This document shows positions 18,578 through 28,505 of a stretch of DNA of 64,000 bases, piece by piece. How positions within the stretch are numbered: position 1 is the first letter of the stretch; each line of letters begins with the position of its first letter. The position numbers were made by a program, and so were the translations under genes. Source of the stretch: an uncultured Candidatus Saccharibacteria bacterium (GTDB lineage: Bacteria > Patescibacteriota > Minisyncoccia > Portnoybacterales > UBA2143); contig CAZJPW010000002.1 in the NCBI GenBank assembly GCA_964548405.1, positions 17 to 64,016 of the forward strand, read 5' to 3'. The notes below the pieces were generated by a model. It had not been told where the DNA came from. It did no database searches and was given only the letters and a program-made list of their open reading frames with translations.

Positions 18578-19537
18578 TTATTTCACTGGATTAGGCGGAG
18601 TCTCGCCAGCCAAAACAGCAATGACATTACTGGCCGCCATCTGAGACATCTTATTCCTCGTACCTTCGGTGCCTGAAGCTGTATGCGGTGTTAAAATGAC
18701 ATTATCTAGATCAACTAAGCCAGGCATTAACTCGGGCTCCTTTTCAAACACATCCAGGGCTGCCCCGGCAATCTTTTTCTCCTTTAAAACTTCAACTAGA
18801 GCTGCTTCATCAACTATGGGACCGCGGGAAGTATTTACCAAATATGCCGTAGGTTTCATCATTCCTAGCTTTTCAGCATTAATCAAGTGTTTAGTTTCTT
18901 CTGTCAAAGCAGTATGCATAGTAATGTAGTCTGCTTCCTTCATTAAATCATCTAATTCTTTGTATTGGGCATCCAGTTTCTGAGCGATTTCATCATTCTT
19001 CTTAATATCATAATAGATGACTTTCATGCCAAATCCCTTATGTAATCTTTCAGCTACGGCAAAGCCAATCCGACCTAAACCAATAACCCCTAATGTTCTA
19101 CCAATAATATCTCCGCCTAATAGTAATTTAGGACCCCAAGCCTTGTATTTGCCGGCCCGGGTATATTTATCTGATTCAACAATTCTTCGGGCAATAGATA
19201 ATAATAAGGCAGCTGCATGATCAGCTACTGTATCAGTTAACACGCCTGGCGTATTAGTCACTATGACATTCCTTTTTTTAGCTTCCTCAACGTCAATATT
19301 ATTATACCCGACCGCATAATTAGCCACTACTTGCAGCTGATCGCCAGCTGACTCCATTACCTGGCCATCAATCTTTTCAGTCAAAACTGAAAGAATAGCA
19401 TCAACTCCCTTAACTTTTTCCAATAGTTCTTCACGAGAGATGCTTCCTTCCGGGCCAATTTCAATCTGATGGCCTTTTTCTTTTAATAACTCAATTCCGA
19501 TTTCCGGAATCTGTCGTGTCACAAATACCTTGGACAT
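18578..19537 (-). CDS. D-2-hydroxyacid dehydrogenase (glyoxylate/hydroxypyruvate reductase type)
   Basis: AVGYNNID, NTPGVL, GLGRIG, NTSRG, LDVFEKEP, TPH. Confidence 0.92.
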   Translation of the reverse strand: MSKVFVTRQIPEIGIELLKEKGHQIEIGPEGSISREELLEKVKGVDAILSVLTEKIDGQVMESAGDQLQVVANYAVGYNNIDVEEAKKRNVIVTNTPGVLTDTVADHAAALLLSIARRIVESDKYTRAGKYKAWGPKLLLGGDIIGRTLGVIGLGRIGFAVAERLHKGFGMKVIYYDIKKNDEIAQKLDAQYKELDDLMKEADYITMHTALTEETKHLINAEKLGMMKPTAYLVNTSRGPIVDEAALVEVLKEKKIAGAALDVFEKEPELMPGLVDLDNVILTPHTASGTEGTRNKMSQMAASNVIAVLAGETPPNPVK

Positions 19538-19554
19538 ATTTTTTCCTTTCTTAA

Positions 19555-21183
19555 TTATTTTCCTTTATCGTTTTTAAATATTGGTATCTTAAACCAAAAT
19601 TCACTTCCTTTATTCTCACCTTTGCTTTTAACGCCGATCTGGCCATGGTGGGTTTCAATAATTAGACGAGCGATATAGAGACCCAAGCCAACACCTTCAG
19701 TCCAAATCCGAGCCACTTTTTTCCCCCGGATAAATTTATCAAAAAGATGTTTTATACCCCCACGCTCAATACCAATACCTGTATCCTTAACTGAAAATAC
19801 TGCCTTATCACCAACTTTCTTTAAAAATATCTCTATTTTCCCTTTGGCCGTATACTTAATAGCGTTATCAATTAGATTAATAACAACTTGGCGGATTTTT
19901 TCTTCATCAGCCCTAACAAATATTTCTTTTGCTTTAGGCAAATGATAAACAAATTTAAGCTTTTTCTTGTAAGCCTGTAATTCTAATTCTTCAACAGAAC
20001 TTTCAACAAGCTTAATTAAAGAAATTTTAGAGAATTCAAATTTCATTTTACCGCCTTCCATATGGGAAAGATCGAGTAAATGATCAACTAATTTAATTAA
20101 TCTTTCATTACTTTCCAAACTTTTTTCCAGCTTATCCTTTGCTTGATCAGAAACTGACCCGTAAAATCCTTCTAAAATCATAGAGATAAATCCTTTAATA
20201 ATGGATAAAGGAGTCCTTAATTGGTGAGAAGCAATAGAAATAAATTCTGATTTGGCTTTGTCCAGTTTTTGAAGTTCAACATTAGCTCTTTTCAGACTCC
20301 GAGCCATCCTAGTAATCTTTTCACGCGAACTAACTTCATTAATAACACCTCGAATAAGCAAAATACTAAATATGGCCACAATGACAAATATCCCCAACTT
20401 TAAGATTAGTTCTAACCGTGAATCAGCAATTAGAGCATCAACTAGAACAGCAACTGAGATAAAAATGCTGAAAATTTCAGTTGTAATTACCTTAATATTA
20501 AATAAGTGATGCTTAAAAATGGCATACGAAATGGATATGACGAAAATAGTGGTCAGGACTGGACCCAGCCAATAGAAACTAAAATTGCCAGTAAACGGTA
20601 AAATAATATCAAATAGGAGGCCGCAAGTAATAGAAAAAATGGTTCCTAAACCAATATAGATTAACTGTCTTTCTTTTAACTTATCTTTAACAGATCCAAA
20701 ACTTTTAATTAGATAATAGTATCCCAGGAATGCCCCCAGGATAATATAAATTCCATAAACATAATAAAAATCGCCAAAGTTAACTATTTTCTCACCATTT
20801 AAGAATTCAACACCATCAATAACCTTATCTGTAAAAATAATATAAAAGAGCGAAATAAGAAAAAGAACAAACATCCCAGAGATAAGCTTCAGATTCTTTT
20901 TTAAATCAAAACTGATAAAACCATTAGAAAAATAAATAAAGCCTGTTATGACAACCGCCCCGGCAATATAAAGCGTCTTGGTCGCTATAATAACAATCAA
21001 TGGATTATCAACATTCATAAACACCAACATAGCCAAAATCCACAAAGTCGCTCCATAAGAAGTAATGGATAAAAAAGTACTGCTGATAACGCGACTCCTA
21101 ATCAACAATAGAGTCGATAAAATACCAGTAGTTAAGAAAGATATACCTAAAAGGGCATTGATGACTGGTAATTGAACAAACAT
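19555..21183 (-). CDS. Sensor histidine kinase with HisKA_7TM-like membrane domain
   Basis: Multiple N-terminal TMs; ASHQLRTPL, NLIDNAIKY, DTGIG, GVGLGL. Confidence 0.93.
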   Translation of the reverse strand: MFVQLPVINALLGISFLTTGILSTLLLIRSRVISSTFLSITSYGATLWILAMLVFMNVDNPLIVIIATKTLYIAGAVVITGFIYFSNGFISFDLKKNLKLISGMFVLFLISLFYIIFTDKVIDGVEFLNGEKIVNFGDFYYVYGIYIILGAFLGYYYLIKSFGSVKDKLKERQLIYIGLGTIFSITCGLLFDIILPFTGNFSFYWLGPVLTTIFVISISYAIFKHHLFNIKVITTEIFSIFISVAVLVDALIADSRLELILKLGIFVIVAIFSILLIRGVINEVSSREKITRMARSLKRANVELQKLDKAKSEFISIASHQLRTPLSIIKGFISMILEGFYGSVSDQAKDKLEKSLESNERLIKLVDHLLDLSHMEGGKMKFEFSKISLIKLVESSVEELELQAYKKKLKFVYHLPKAKEIFVRADEEKIRQVVINLIDNAIKYTAKGKIEIFLKKVGDKAVFSVKDTGIGIERGGIKHLFDKFIRGKKVARIWTEGVGLGLYIARLIIETHHGQIGVKSKGENKGSEFWFKIPIFKNDKGK

Positions 21184-22289
21184 TAAGAAAAAATATTATT
21201 TAGAACTTTTTGTCTTTTTTTAAATTCTTCTTTTGAAATTTCAACTTTCCTTAAAACAACTTTACCTGTGGGAATTGTCGGAAAGTTAAACCACCATGAT
21301 TCATTATCAACAAACAAAGAAACATACTCAAATCCGTAATAAGCATCCTTATCCTTGTCATAATCAACTACTAAGGATGATGTGTAAAATGTCGGCGTTG
21401 GATCCCTCCATCCCCATAAAGTCGCTAAAACCAAAGGCTTGGTCATATTATTCCAGGCCATGACATTAAAGGCGGCAACATTCCTATTACCAATAAACCA
21501 GGGCCATCTTTCATCTAATTCGATAAAGGGCCTGTGGATATCAAGAATTGCTAAAACTCCATTTAATTTTAACACACCAAGCTGTTCTTTCATAGATTCC
21601 AATTGAGAATCAACTCCCCCGATGCCGAACATGATCGTCACACAATCAAAAGTATTTTTTGAAAAATGCTTTAAACCTTTTTCACCGCTTGTCTTGGTTA
21701 AATTCCTGGCATCACCCTTAACAAATTCTATCTCTCTAATGTTTTTTGCTAAAAGGCCATCTTTTTTAATCCTAGGCAGAATAACCCGCTTTGCCTGATT
21801 GAGCATTCCCTGGTTATAGTCAAGGCCAACTGCGCTAACTTTAACATTACATAATTGAAACATCCTAAACATTTCCTCTAAAGATAACCCGATGCCCGTG
21901 CCTACATCTAAAAGCCTGATTTTCTCTTTTTTCTTCTTATTAACATAGATATAATTTACCACTTCTAAACCAATTTGCCTGCGCCACCAAGTGTCCCTAA
22001 AATTAGTTGTCAGATGATGTTTTCGTTCATAGGTTTCAGCCTCACGAGTATAGATATTTTCTACTTCTTTATGGTCAGGATCACCCTGATATTTCCTATA
22101 CAAAGATCCAAAAATGCCTAAGCGCCACTTTAAGGCTATTTTAATAAATACGTGCAGTAAAATCTTGTAATAAAGATACCAAAAAATACCCACCTTTACC
22201 GAAACACTTTTAAAAACATAATCAGGGAGATAATCAGATTGGCATTCTGATGGCAGGATAGAATCTAATTTTAATTCACGTTTTTTCAT
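21183..22289 (-). CDS. Class I SAM-dependent methyltransferase (UbiE/MenG-like)
   Basis: WRR, LLDVGTGIG, GLDYNQGML, GDA, FDCVTIMFG. Confidence 0.8.
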   Translation of the reverse strand: MKKRELKLDSILPSECQSDYLPDYVFKSVSVKVGIFWYLYYKILLHVFIKIALKWRLGIFGSLYRKYQGDPDHKEVENIYTREAETYERKHHLTTNFRDTWWRRQIGLEVVNYIYVNKKKKEKIRLLDVGTGIGLSLEEMFRMFQLCNVKVSAVGLDYNQGMLNQAKRVILPRIKKDGLLAKNIREIEFVKGDARNLTKTSGEKGLKHFSKNTFDCVTIMFGIGGVDSQLESMKEQLGVLKLNGVLAILDIHRPFIELDERWPWFIGNRNVAAFNVMAWNNMTKPLVLATLWGWRDPTPTFYTSSLVVDYDKDKDAYYGFEYVSLFVDNESWWFNFPTIPTGKVVLRKVEISKEEFKKRQKVLNNIFS

Positions 22290-23403
22290 TTTTTTGTTTT
22301 AACCTAGCGATAAAATCTTTAGCGATATTTTGAAGAAAATCAGAAGGAAAATTAAATTGATTAACTATATCCTGCCCTAATAATTCCTTAGTATTCTTCA
22401 TATCATATATATTATATTCTATCATATAATATTTATAATGATAAAACCTCTTAGCCAGTCCTCTAAACGACTTTAATAAAACGCTAATCGACTTAATTAA
22501 ACAAAAGTACAAACGCACCATCCACCTGGGACTCCTAATGGTCGGTATCTTTATTTCCAAAGCCCCAAATGTTTGCTCTGTTACATCCTTCATAGAAAAA
22601 GGCAATGGATTGGTAATATGAAATGTTCTATTTAAGGCCTTGGGATTGGGTATAATTTTCAACATCCATCTTATAGCAATATTAATCGGCATCAGATTCA
22701 AAAACGCAGTTCTAGAATAAAAATAAGGTATAAATATTTTCGTCGGGCCATCTTTAAGTTTTTGTCTTAATCTATACAATGAATAGACTACGGAATAATA
22801 GCCAAAAAAGCTTAATGTTTTTCGTCCTGTTTCTATTAGAATACTTGGCCTGAAAATAATAAACTGGTTACCTCTTTCTCCCCACTTCCTGATAACCTTT
22901 TCTGCTTCAAATTTACTCTCTTCATAAGGATTATTAAACTTATTCGGCTTTATTAACTCATCTTCAAACACAACACCCGGCCTTTGCCCGTGGACATAAG
23001 CAGTGCTAGTGTAATAGACTGGACTCTTTATCTCTTCAGAAAAGGATAAAATATTTTTTAAAATATCAACATTATCAGTGAAAACAGCCTCTCTGTCTCT
23101 TTCCCTAAAGCTCAAATTGGCTGCTAAATGCCAAATACCATCTACCTCATTTAAAAGCTGAGCTACAATATCTTTAGGAAGCCCTAAGCTTTCTTCCAAT
23201 AAATTAACTTCAAATATACCTACTTGCTCAAAAGAAATATCAGGCTCTATAGATCTTAAAACTTCCTTAATCCTTTCTTTGAAAACTTTGCCATCCTTTG
23301 ATCTTCCTAAAAAAATAACCTTATCTCCACGCCCAATAAGCTCTATTGAAAGCAATGAGCCCAAAAATCCAGTTCCTCCTGTAAGCAAATATGTTTTACT
23401 CAT
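22276..23403 (-). CDS. Extended SDR, fatty acyl-CoA/thioester reductase (male-sterility) type
   Basis: LLTGGTGFLG, WHLAA, STAYV, YEESK, RPSI. Confidence 0.85.
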   Translation of the reverse strand: MSKTYLLTGGTGFLGSLLSIELIGRGDKVIFLGRSKDGKVFKERIKEVLRSIEPDISFEQVGIFEVNLLEESLGLPKDIVAQLLNEVDGIWHLAANLSFRERDREAVFTDNVDILKNILSFSEEIKSPVYYTSTAYVHGQRPGVVFEDELIKPNKFNNPYEESKFEAEKVIRKWGERGNQFIIFRPSILIETGRKTLSFFGYYSVVYSLYRLRQKLKDGPTKIFIPYFYSRTAFLNLMPINIAIRWMLKIIPNPKALNRTFHITNPLPFSMKDVTEQTFGALEIKIPTIRSPRWMVRLYFCLIKSISVLLKSFRGLAKRFYHYKYYMIEYNIYDMKNTKELLGQDIVNQFNFPSDFLQNIAKDFIARLKQKNEKT

Positions 23404-24056
23404 TTGATTAGTTCACTAATAGCCAGCATTACCTTATCAACTCCCTGCTCCAAAGAAACATCACCCAATGAATAGATAGGCTGGCCAATGTGAATAATCA
23501 CCTTTCTGGTTCGAAAAAGAGTTTTAAACGACAAAATTCCAAAAGTTCCCTCAACGTAAACCGGCACAATTGGCGCTTTTGTTTGCTGATGTAAATATGC
23601 AACTCCGCGCTTACCTTGCTGAAGATTTCCATCTTTTGTCCTTCCACCCTCAGGATAAATCCAAATATGCCCCTTATCATTTAGCGAAGCTATCGCTTCT
23701 TTTAAAACTATATTCAAAGCATTACCTGTCTTTATTCGCACTTTAATTGAACCATTCATTAAAACATACAAAGCAACTAACAAATACCTCCATTTAAAAT
23801 ACCTATCTAATACTAAAAACCTAATAGGGAAAAATCTTTCAGGATAAAAATCACCCTGATAACGGGGCATGGCTGATGCGCAAATGGGCCCGTCTATATA
23901 GCTAGCGTGATTAGAAGCAAAAATAATTGGCTGATTCTCAAGCCCTTTTAGATTTTCCTGACCATGAATCCGATAACTAACGAAAAACCTCAAAATTGAA
24001 TAAACAGGCCAATAAGTAATCGCCTGAAAGATTTTTGCGATTTTAACAATAGACAT
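23400..24056 (-). CDS. PlsC-family lysophospholipid acyltransferase
   Basis: NHASYID, IYPEGGR, IVPV. Confidence 0.9.
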   Translation of the reverse strand: MSIVKIAKIFQAITYWPVYSILRFFVSYRIHGQENLKGLENQPIIFASNHASYIDGPICASAMPRYQGDFYPERFFPIRFLVLDRYFKWRYLLVALYVLMNGSIKVRIKTGNALNIVLKEAIASLNDKGHIWIYPEGGRTKDGNLQQGKRGVAYLHQQTKAPIVPVYVEGTFGILSFKTLFRTRKVIIHIGQPIYSLGDVSLEQGVDKVMLAISELIK

Positions 24057-24070
24057 ACTGATTAAAAATC

Positions 24071-24102
24071 AAAAAACGGGTTACCCAAAAGAGTCCCGTT
24101 TT
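24071..24102 (-). terminator. Terminator/attenuator hairpin just upstream of the acyltransferase
   Basis: AAAACGGG...CCCGTTTTTT stem with T-tract. Confidence 0.6.
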
Positions 24103-24106
24103 AAAA

Positions 24107-24169
24107 TTAAACTCGGTTTTCATTATCCTTGCCCTCCTTCCTCTTCCTATATCTATGTCTGTACTTCAT
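24107..24169 (-). CDS. Candidate 20-aa basic micro-ORF (MKYRHRYRKRKEGKDNENRV)
   Basis: Lies between TTGTTA-17-TAAAAT promoter and terminator hairpin; very short, unverified. Confidence 0.35.
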   Translation of the reverse strand: MKYRHRYRKRKEGKDNENRV

Positions 24170-24253
24170 AGTTTTATAATCTTTATTCTATTTTAAAATA
24201 TTATCCTGATTTTAACAAGAGAACATGTGAATTAAAAACCAACTTATCCCTAA

Positions 24254-25993
24254 CTATTTAATTATAGTCGCCTGTAACTTATTAAGCTTCCTATAAACCC
24301 CACCCTTATTAATCAATTCCTGGTGATCACCTTCTTCAATAATTCGTCCTTTTTCCAAAACTAATATCAAATCAGCTTTTTGAATAGTACTTAAACGATG
24401 AGCAATAACAAAAGTGGTTCTGCCTTTGATTAACTGAGCTAAAGCATCCTGAACTAATTTCTCGGTAGCTGAATCCAAGCTGGAAGTGGCTTCATCAAGA
24501 ATCAAAATACGAGGATTTCTTAAAATAGCCCGGGCAATAGCCACCCTTTGTTTCTGGCCTGTTGAAAGTTTAATCCCTCTTTCACCCACCAATTGCTCAT
24601 ATTTCTTATCAAACTTCTGAACAAATTCATGAACATGAGCTGCCTTGGCCGCTTTAACAATATCTTCATCAGTCGCCTTCTGTCTTCCATATTTAAGATT
24701 ATTCTTAATGCTGTCGTTAAATAAGGTAACTTCTTGAGGCACAATAGCTATCTGCTTTCTTAATGACTCTAAATTAACCTCAGCAATATCCTGATTATCA
24801 ATTAAAACCTTACCTTGTTTGGGAAGGTAATAGCGAGAAACCAAATCAATCAAGGTTGTTTTACCTACCCCACTCTCACCAACCAAAGCAACCATCTGGC
24901 CCGGCTTAACCTTAAAATTAATATCTCTCAATACATTCTTATTCTTCTGATAGCCAAAACTAATGTTATCAAATTCAACCTCGCCTCTAATACTCTTAAA
25001 TTCCTTCTTATTATTCTGATACGGTTCAGGTTTAACATTAAGAAGTTTTTGAGCCCGCTCAATAGCAGTTAATCCAGTTCTGATTGCCCTGTAATCGTTA
25101 CCTAACATTCCAAAAGGAGCATAAACTAAACTGACATATCCGATAAACATAACTAATTGACCTGATGTAATAATTCCCCTCCCTAAAAAGTAAATAGCTA
25201 TAGCAAAAATTACTACAAAACCTATACTAAATATAGTTTCCTGCCAAGCATTAAGATCTCTCCAGGCATCTAAAAATATCCTATACTGTTTGGCAGCTTT
25301 AACTCTGAAATTTCTACTTGTTTTTTCTTTTTCTTTTTGTTCGTTAGTAAAAGATTTTACCGTTTGAATATTAAGAATTGAATCATAGAGATCTCCATGC
25401 GAATCTTCGTAAACTTTATTCATTTTTTTCTGTGCTTTAATAATCGGCTTCGTTTTCCAGATAGTAATTAGAGAATAAACAAGTAAAATAAATAAAAGTA
25501 ACAAAGCCAAACGCCATTCTACAAAACCCATAATTGTTAGAGCAATTATTACTGTTAAAAATTTTGGGCCGAAATAAAAAACAACTCCACCGATGATTCT
25601 TTCAAAATAATCAGCTCCCCGAGAAGCTCTTTGAATAATTTCTCCCATTTTTCTATTCTTATGAAAAGTTAAAGGAAGATTTAAAAGATGATTAATGATT
25701 TTTAAACGGAAATCATTTTCAACATCTATTGCTAAATGAAAACCACGATTATCAGCCATTCTTATAAACCAACCACTGATTAAAGATAGAATTAACCAAA
25801 ACAGAAGAATTCCGATGATTAGTTGCAAGGTGCCAGATTCTGAAACAGCAATATCAACTAACCGCCCATAAAGATATGGAATAACGGCCGCAATAAAAGA
25901 GCCCAGAAGGGCAATCAGGGCTATAAAATAGACTTTGGCTTTGTATTTCTTTAAATACTGCCAAATAACTTTAGAATCTTGAAATATTTTCAT
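24254..25993 (-). CDS. MsbA/MdlB-type ABC exporter (fused TMD+NBD)
   Basis: 6 TMs, GESGVGKT, LSTGQKQR, ILDEATS, IAHRLST. Confidence 0.95.
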   Translation of the reverse strand: MKIFQDSKVIWQYLKKYKAKVYFIALIALLGSFIAAVIPYLYGRLVDIAVSESGTLQLIIGILLFWLILSLISGWFIRMADNRGFHLAIDVENDFRLKIINHLLNLPLTFHKNRKMGEIIQRASRGADYFERIIGGVVFYFGPKFLTVIIALTIMGFVEWRLALLLLFILLVYSLITIWKTKPIIKAQKKMNKVYEDSHGDLYDSILNIQTVKSFTNEQKEKEKTSRNFRVKAAKQYRIFLDAWRDLNAWQETIFSIGFVVIFAIAIYFLGRGIITSGQLVMFIGYVSLVYAPFGMLGNDYRAIRTGLTAIERAQKLLNVKPEPYQNNKKEFKSIRGEVEFDNISFGYQKNKNVLRDINFKVKPGQMVALVGESGVGKTTLIDLVSRYYLPKQGKVLIDNQDIAEVNLESLRKQIAIVPQEVTLFNDSIKNNLKYGRQKATDEDIVKAAKAAHVHEFVQKFDKKYEQLVGERGIKLSTGQKQRVAIARAILRNPRILILDEATSSLDSATEKLVQDALAQLIKGRTTFVIAHRLSTIQKADLILVLEKGRIIEEGDHQELINKGGVYRKLNKLQATIIK

Positions 25994-26001
25994 AGTGTCC
26001 G

Positions 26002-26040
26002 TAGTGTTTACACTATAACATATCTACCAAATTAAGACAA
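26002..26040 (-). promoter_or_regulatory. Promoter of ABC exporter with overlapping palindrome
   Basis: TTGTCT-17-TATAGT; TAGTGT-TT-ACACTA palindrome overlaps the -10. Confidence 0.55.
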
Positions 26041-26052
26041 ACACACCCACAT

Positions 26053-27189
26053 CTATATTATCTTACCTTGTTTAATTCTCTGTCTAATCTCTTCCATAAA
26101 CCTATAGATAAACCAAAGATTATGATAAGTAGCCAACCGAGCAGCCAACATTTCCTTAGCTTTAAAAAGATGATGAATATACGATCGGGTATAATTCTTA
26201 CAAGTATAACACTGACATCCTTTAATAATCGGCTTTTTATCTGTTTTAAAACCTGATTTAAAAATATTCATTTCCCCTGAATCAGTTAAAAAAGTTCCAT
26301 GCCGAGCCAAACGGGTCGGAGCAACACAATCAAATAAATCAATACCCTGTTTGATTGCCCCTTTAAGATCATCTAAATAACCAATACCCAATAAATGCCT
26401 AGGTTTGTCATCTGGCAAATAAGGAATAATCCAATTCAAGGCATTGTTCATTTCTTGCTTGCCAAAGGAACCACCAATACCAAAACCCTCAAAAGGCAAC
26501 TGACCGATAAACTTAGCGCTAGCTTCCCTTAAATCTTTAAATAGACCACCCTGAACAACACCAAATAAAGCCTGATCTTTTCTTTTCTTAGCTTTTAAGC
26601 AACGTTCAGCCCACCTATGGGTTCTATCCATAGATTTCTTAGTATATTGATAATCATCTAAAGGAGATGTACATTCATCAAAAGCCAAGATAATATCAGC
26701 TCCTAAATATTCTTGAATCTTAATAGAAACTTCTGGAGTAAAACGATGTTTAGAACCGTCCAAATGCGAAGTAAAATCAACCCCATCATAATCTACTTTA
26801 CTTAACTTACCCACTCGCTGACTTTTCTCATCAACATCAATATCAGATTTAACTAACTTACCAATACCAGTTCCTAAAGCAGCTCCTAAACTAAAAACTT
26901 GAAAACCTCCGCTATCCGTGGTTATCACACCAGGCCAATTCATGAATTTATGAAGCCCACCCATTTTTTTAATAATCTTATGTCCAGGCTGTAAATATAA
27001 ATGGTATGTATTAGCTAAAATAGCTTCAAAGCCAATTTGATTAATATCTTCCGGAGTCAAGCTTTTAACTGTTGCTTTGGTAGCCACAGGAAAAAAAGCA
27101 GGCGTATGAATATCCCCATGGGGAGTTTTAATTAACCCTAAACGGGCTTTAGATTTTGAATGCTTTTTAAGAACTTTAAAAAAAGCCAT
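26053..27189 (-). CDS. tgt: tRNA-guanine(34) transglycosylase
   Basis: LANTYHL, DSGGFQV, VQGG, DCVAPTR, Zn site CQCYTC. Confidence 0.96.
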   Translation of the reverse strand: MAFFKVLKKHSKSKARLGLIKTPHGDIHTPAFFPVATKATVKSLTPEDINQIGFEAILANTYHLYLQPGHKIIKKMGGLHKFMNWPGVITTDSGGFQVFSLGAALGTGIGKLVKSDIDVDEKSQRVGKLSKVDYDGVDFTSHLDGSKHRFTPEVSIKIQEYLGADIILAFDECTSPLDDYQYTKKSMDRTHRWAERCLKAKKRKDQALFGVVQGGLFKDLREASAKFIGQLPFEGFGIGGSFGKQEMNNALNWIIPYLPDDKPRHLLGIGYLDDLKGAIKQGIDLFDCVAPTRLARHGTFLTDSGEMNIFKSGFKTDKKPIIKGCQCYTCKNYTRSYIHHLFKAKEMLAARLATYHNLWFIYRFMEEIRQRIKQGKII

Positions 27190-27265
27190 AATTTCATTGT
27201 ATTTTTCTACTTATTTGATATAATACCATAAAGGTCTTATAAATATAATAAGGAGGGTTAAAATT

Positions 27266-27499
27266 ATGGGATTTGAAGAAATAAAAATTACTCCAGGAGG
27301 CGATCCAGAACAAAAGAAAACCGACCAATTAGCTCAAGAAGGTATAGAGAAACGCGGAGATATACCAGCTGGCGATATGGACAGCATCAATCAGCCAGAT
27401 CCAGAACAAGTTGAAAAAGCCGAACAAGGACTAAAAGAAGTACTGGAAGGCGTAAAAAAAATGGAAGACAACGGAGTTATCGTAGATATTGAAAAATAG
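27266..27499 (+). CDS. Small acidic hypothetical protein
   Basis: SD AAGGAGGG, upstream TG-A-TATAAT. Confidence 0.7.
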   Translation: MGFEEIKITPGGDPEQKKTDQLAQEGIEKRGDIPAGDMDSINQPDPEQVEKAEQGLKEVLEGVKKMEDNGVIVDIEK

Positions 27500-27501
27500 A
27501 C

Positions 27502-27954
27502 TTACCTTCTGAATTGATTTAAATAATAGCCGGCTACACCAAAAGCCACCGCTACATTTAAAGATTCTTTACTCCCTAACATGGGCAGACTAATTGTATG
27601 GTCTGTCCTTTTCAATACAGAATCAGAAACGCCCTTAACTTCATTGCCAATCACTAAAGCCAAAGGAAATCTTGGCTTAAACTGAGCATAGTTAATGCTC
27701 TTTTTTGTTTGTTCCAAAGAAACAATACAAACACCTTGTTTTTTTAATTTATCAATTATACGCCAAGTATGCCAATGATGTTCCCAAACAACATTTTTTT
27801 CAGCGCCCAAAGCAGTCTTAGAAATTTTATGATGAGGAGGACAACCACAAATTCCACCTAAAAAAACCTTATCCACAGCCAAAGCATCAGCTGTTCTAAA
27901 AATTGAACCGATGTTTTCCAAACTACGAATATTATCACAAACTAAATAAAACAT
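27502..27954 (-). CDS. SpoU/TrmH-family RNA methyltransferase
   Basis: NIGSIFRTA, IGNEVKGV, SLNVAVA. Confidence 0.92.
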   Translation of the reverse strand: MFYLVCDNIRSLENIGSIFRTADALAVDKVFLGGICGCPPHHKISKTALGAEKNVVWEHHWHTWRIIDKLKKQGVCIVSLEQTKKSINYAQFKPRFPLALVIGNEVKGVSDSVLKRTDHTISLPMLGSKESLNVAVAFGVAGYYLNQFRR

Positions 27955-27967
27955 ATATTTAAAGTTT

Positions 27968-28001
27968 AAAGGACCATTAACATTGCTGTCAACAGTCCTT
28001 T
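27968..28001 (-). terminator. Hairpin with GCAA loop; also contains the -35 of the trmH-like promoter
   Basis: AAAGGACTGTTGACA-GCAA-TGTTAATGGTCCTTT; TTGACA-18-TAAACT-8-ATG. Confidence 0.55.
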
Positions 28002-28005
28002 AATT

Positions 28006-28386
28006 TTACGGGTCAGGGTGCGACTTAATGAGATGCAACCCGGCACCTCTCCAAGCAGACCGTTTCCTCTGAATAATCCGAACCGGTCTTCTGTCTACCA
28101 GGGGAGTATATTCTCCGGAATAGGCCTGGATAAATCCAGCATCCTCATCTACCGGTATTCGCGCCTCTTTTAATACAGTAACAAAGAGACAGGCGAAATA
28201 TCTGGTTCTTTCTTTCCTTTCGCCTTTTGAGGAAGCCGGCCCCAACTTCTCCTGAAATTTCTGAAAAATTTTATAAAAAGAGCCGGCTGGATGATTAGGA
28301 TCATAACTCAATCCTTTTTTTCTTGGTTTCGTAGTCCTTAGAACAGCTTCCCGAAATTCACCCTCGAATTTTTCCCATTCTTTCAT
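28006..28386 (-). CDS. Hypothetical basic protein (126 aa)
   Basis: SD AGGAGG; own promoter TTGACA-17-TATCAT at 28482-28510; downstream hairpin. Confidence 0.65.
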   Translation of the reverse strand: MKEWEKFEGEFREAVLRTTKPRKKGLSYDPNHPAGSFYKIFQKFQEKLGPASSKGERKERTRYFACLFVTVLKEARIPVDEDAGFIQAYSGEYTPLVDRRPVRIIQRKRSAWRGAGLHLIKSHPDP

Positions 28387-28505
28387 TTAAGATTCCTCCT
28401 AAATAAGAATTAACTGTAAAAAATTATTTTAAAAAACTTACTTATATATAAACTCTAATTTCTTAGAGATTGTTTTCTAATATGATAACAGAAAAATAAC
28501 TATTT

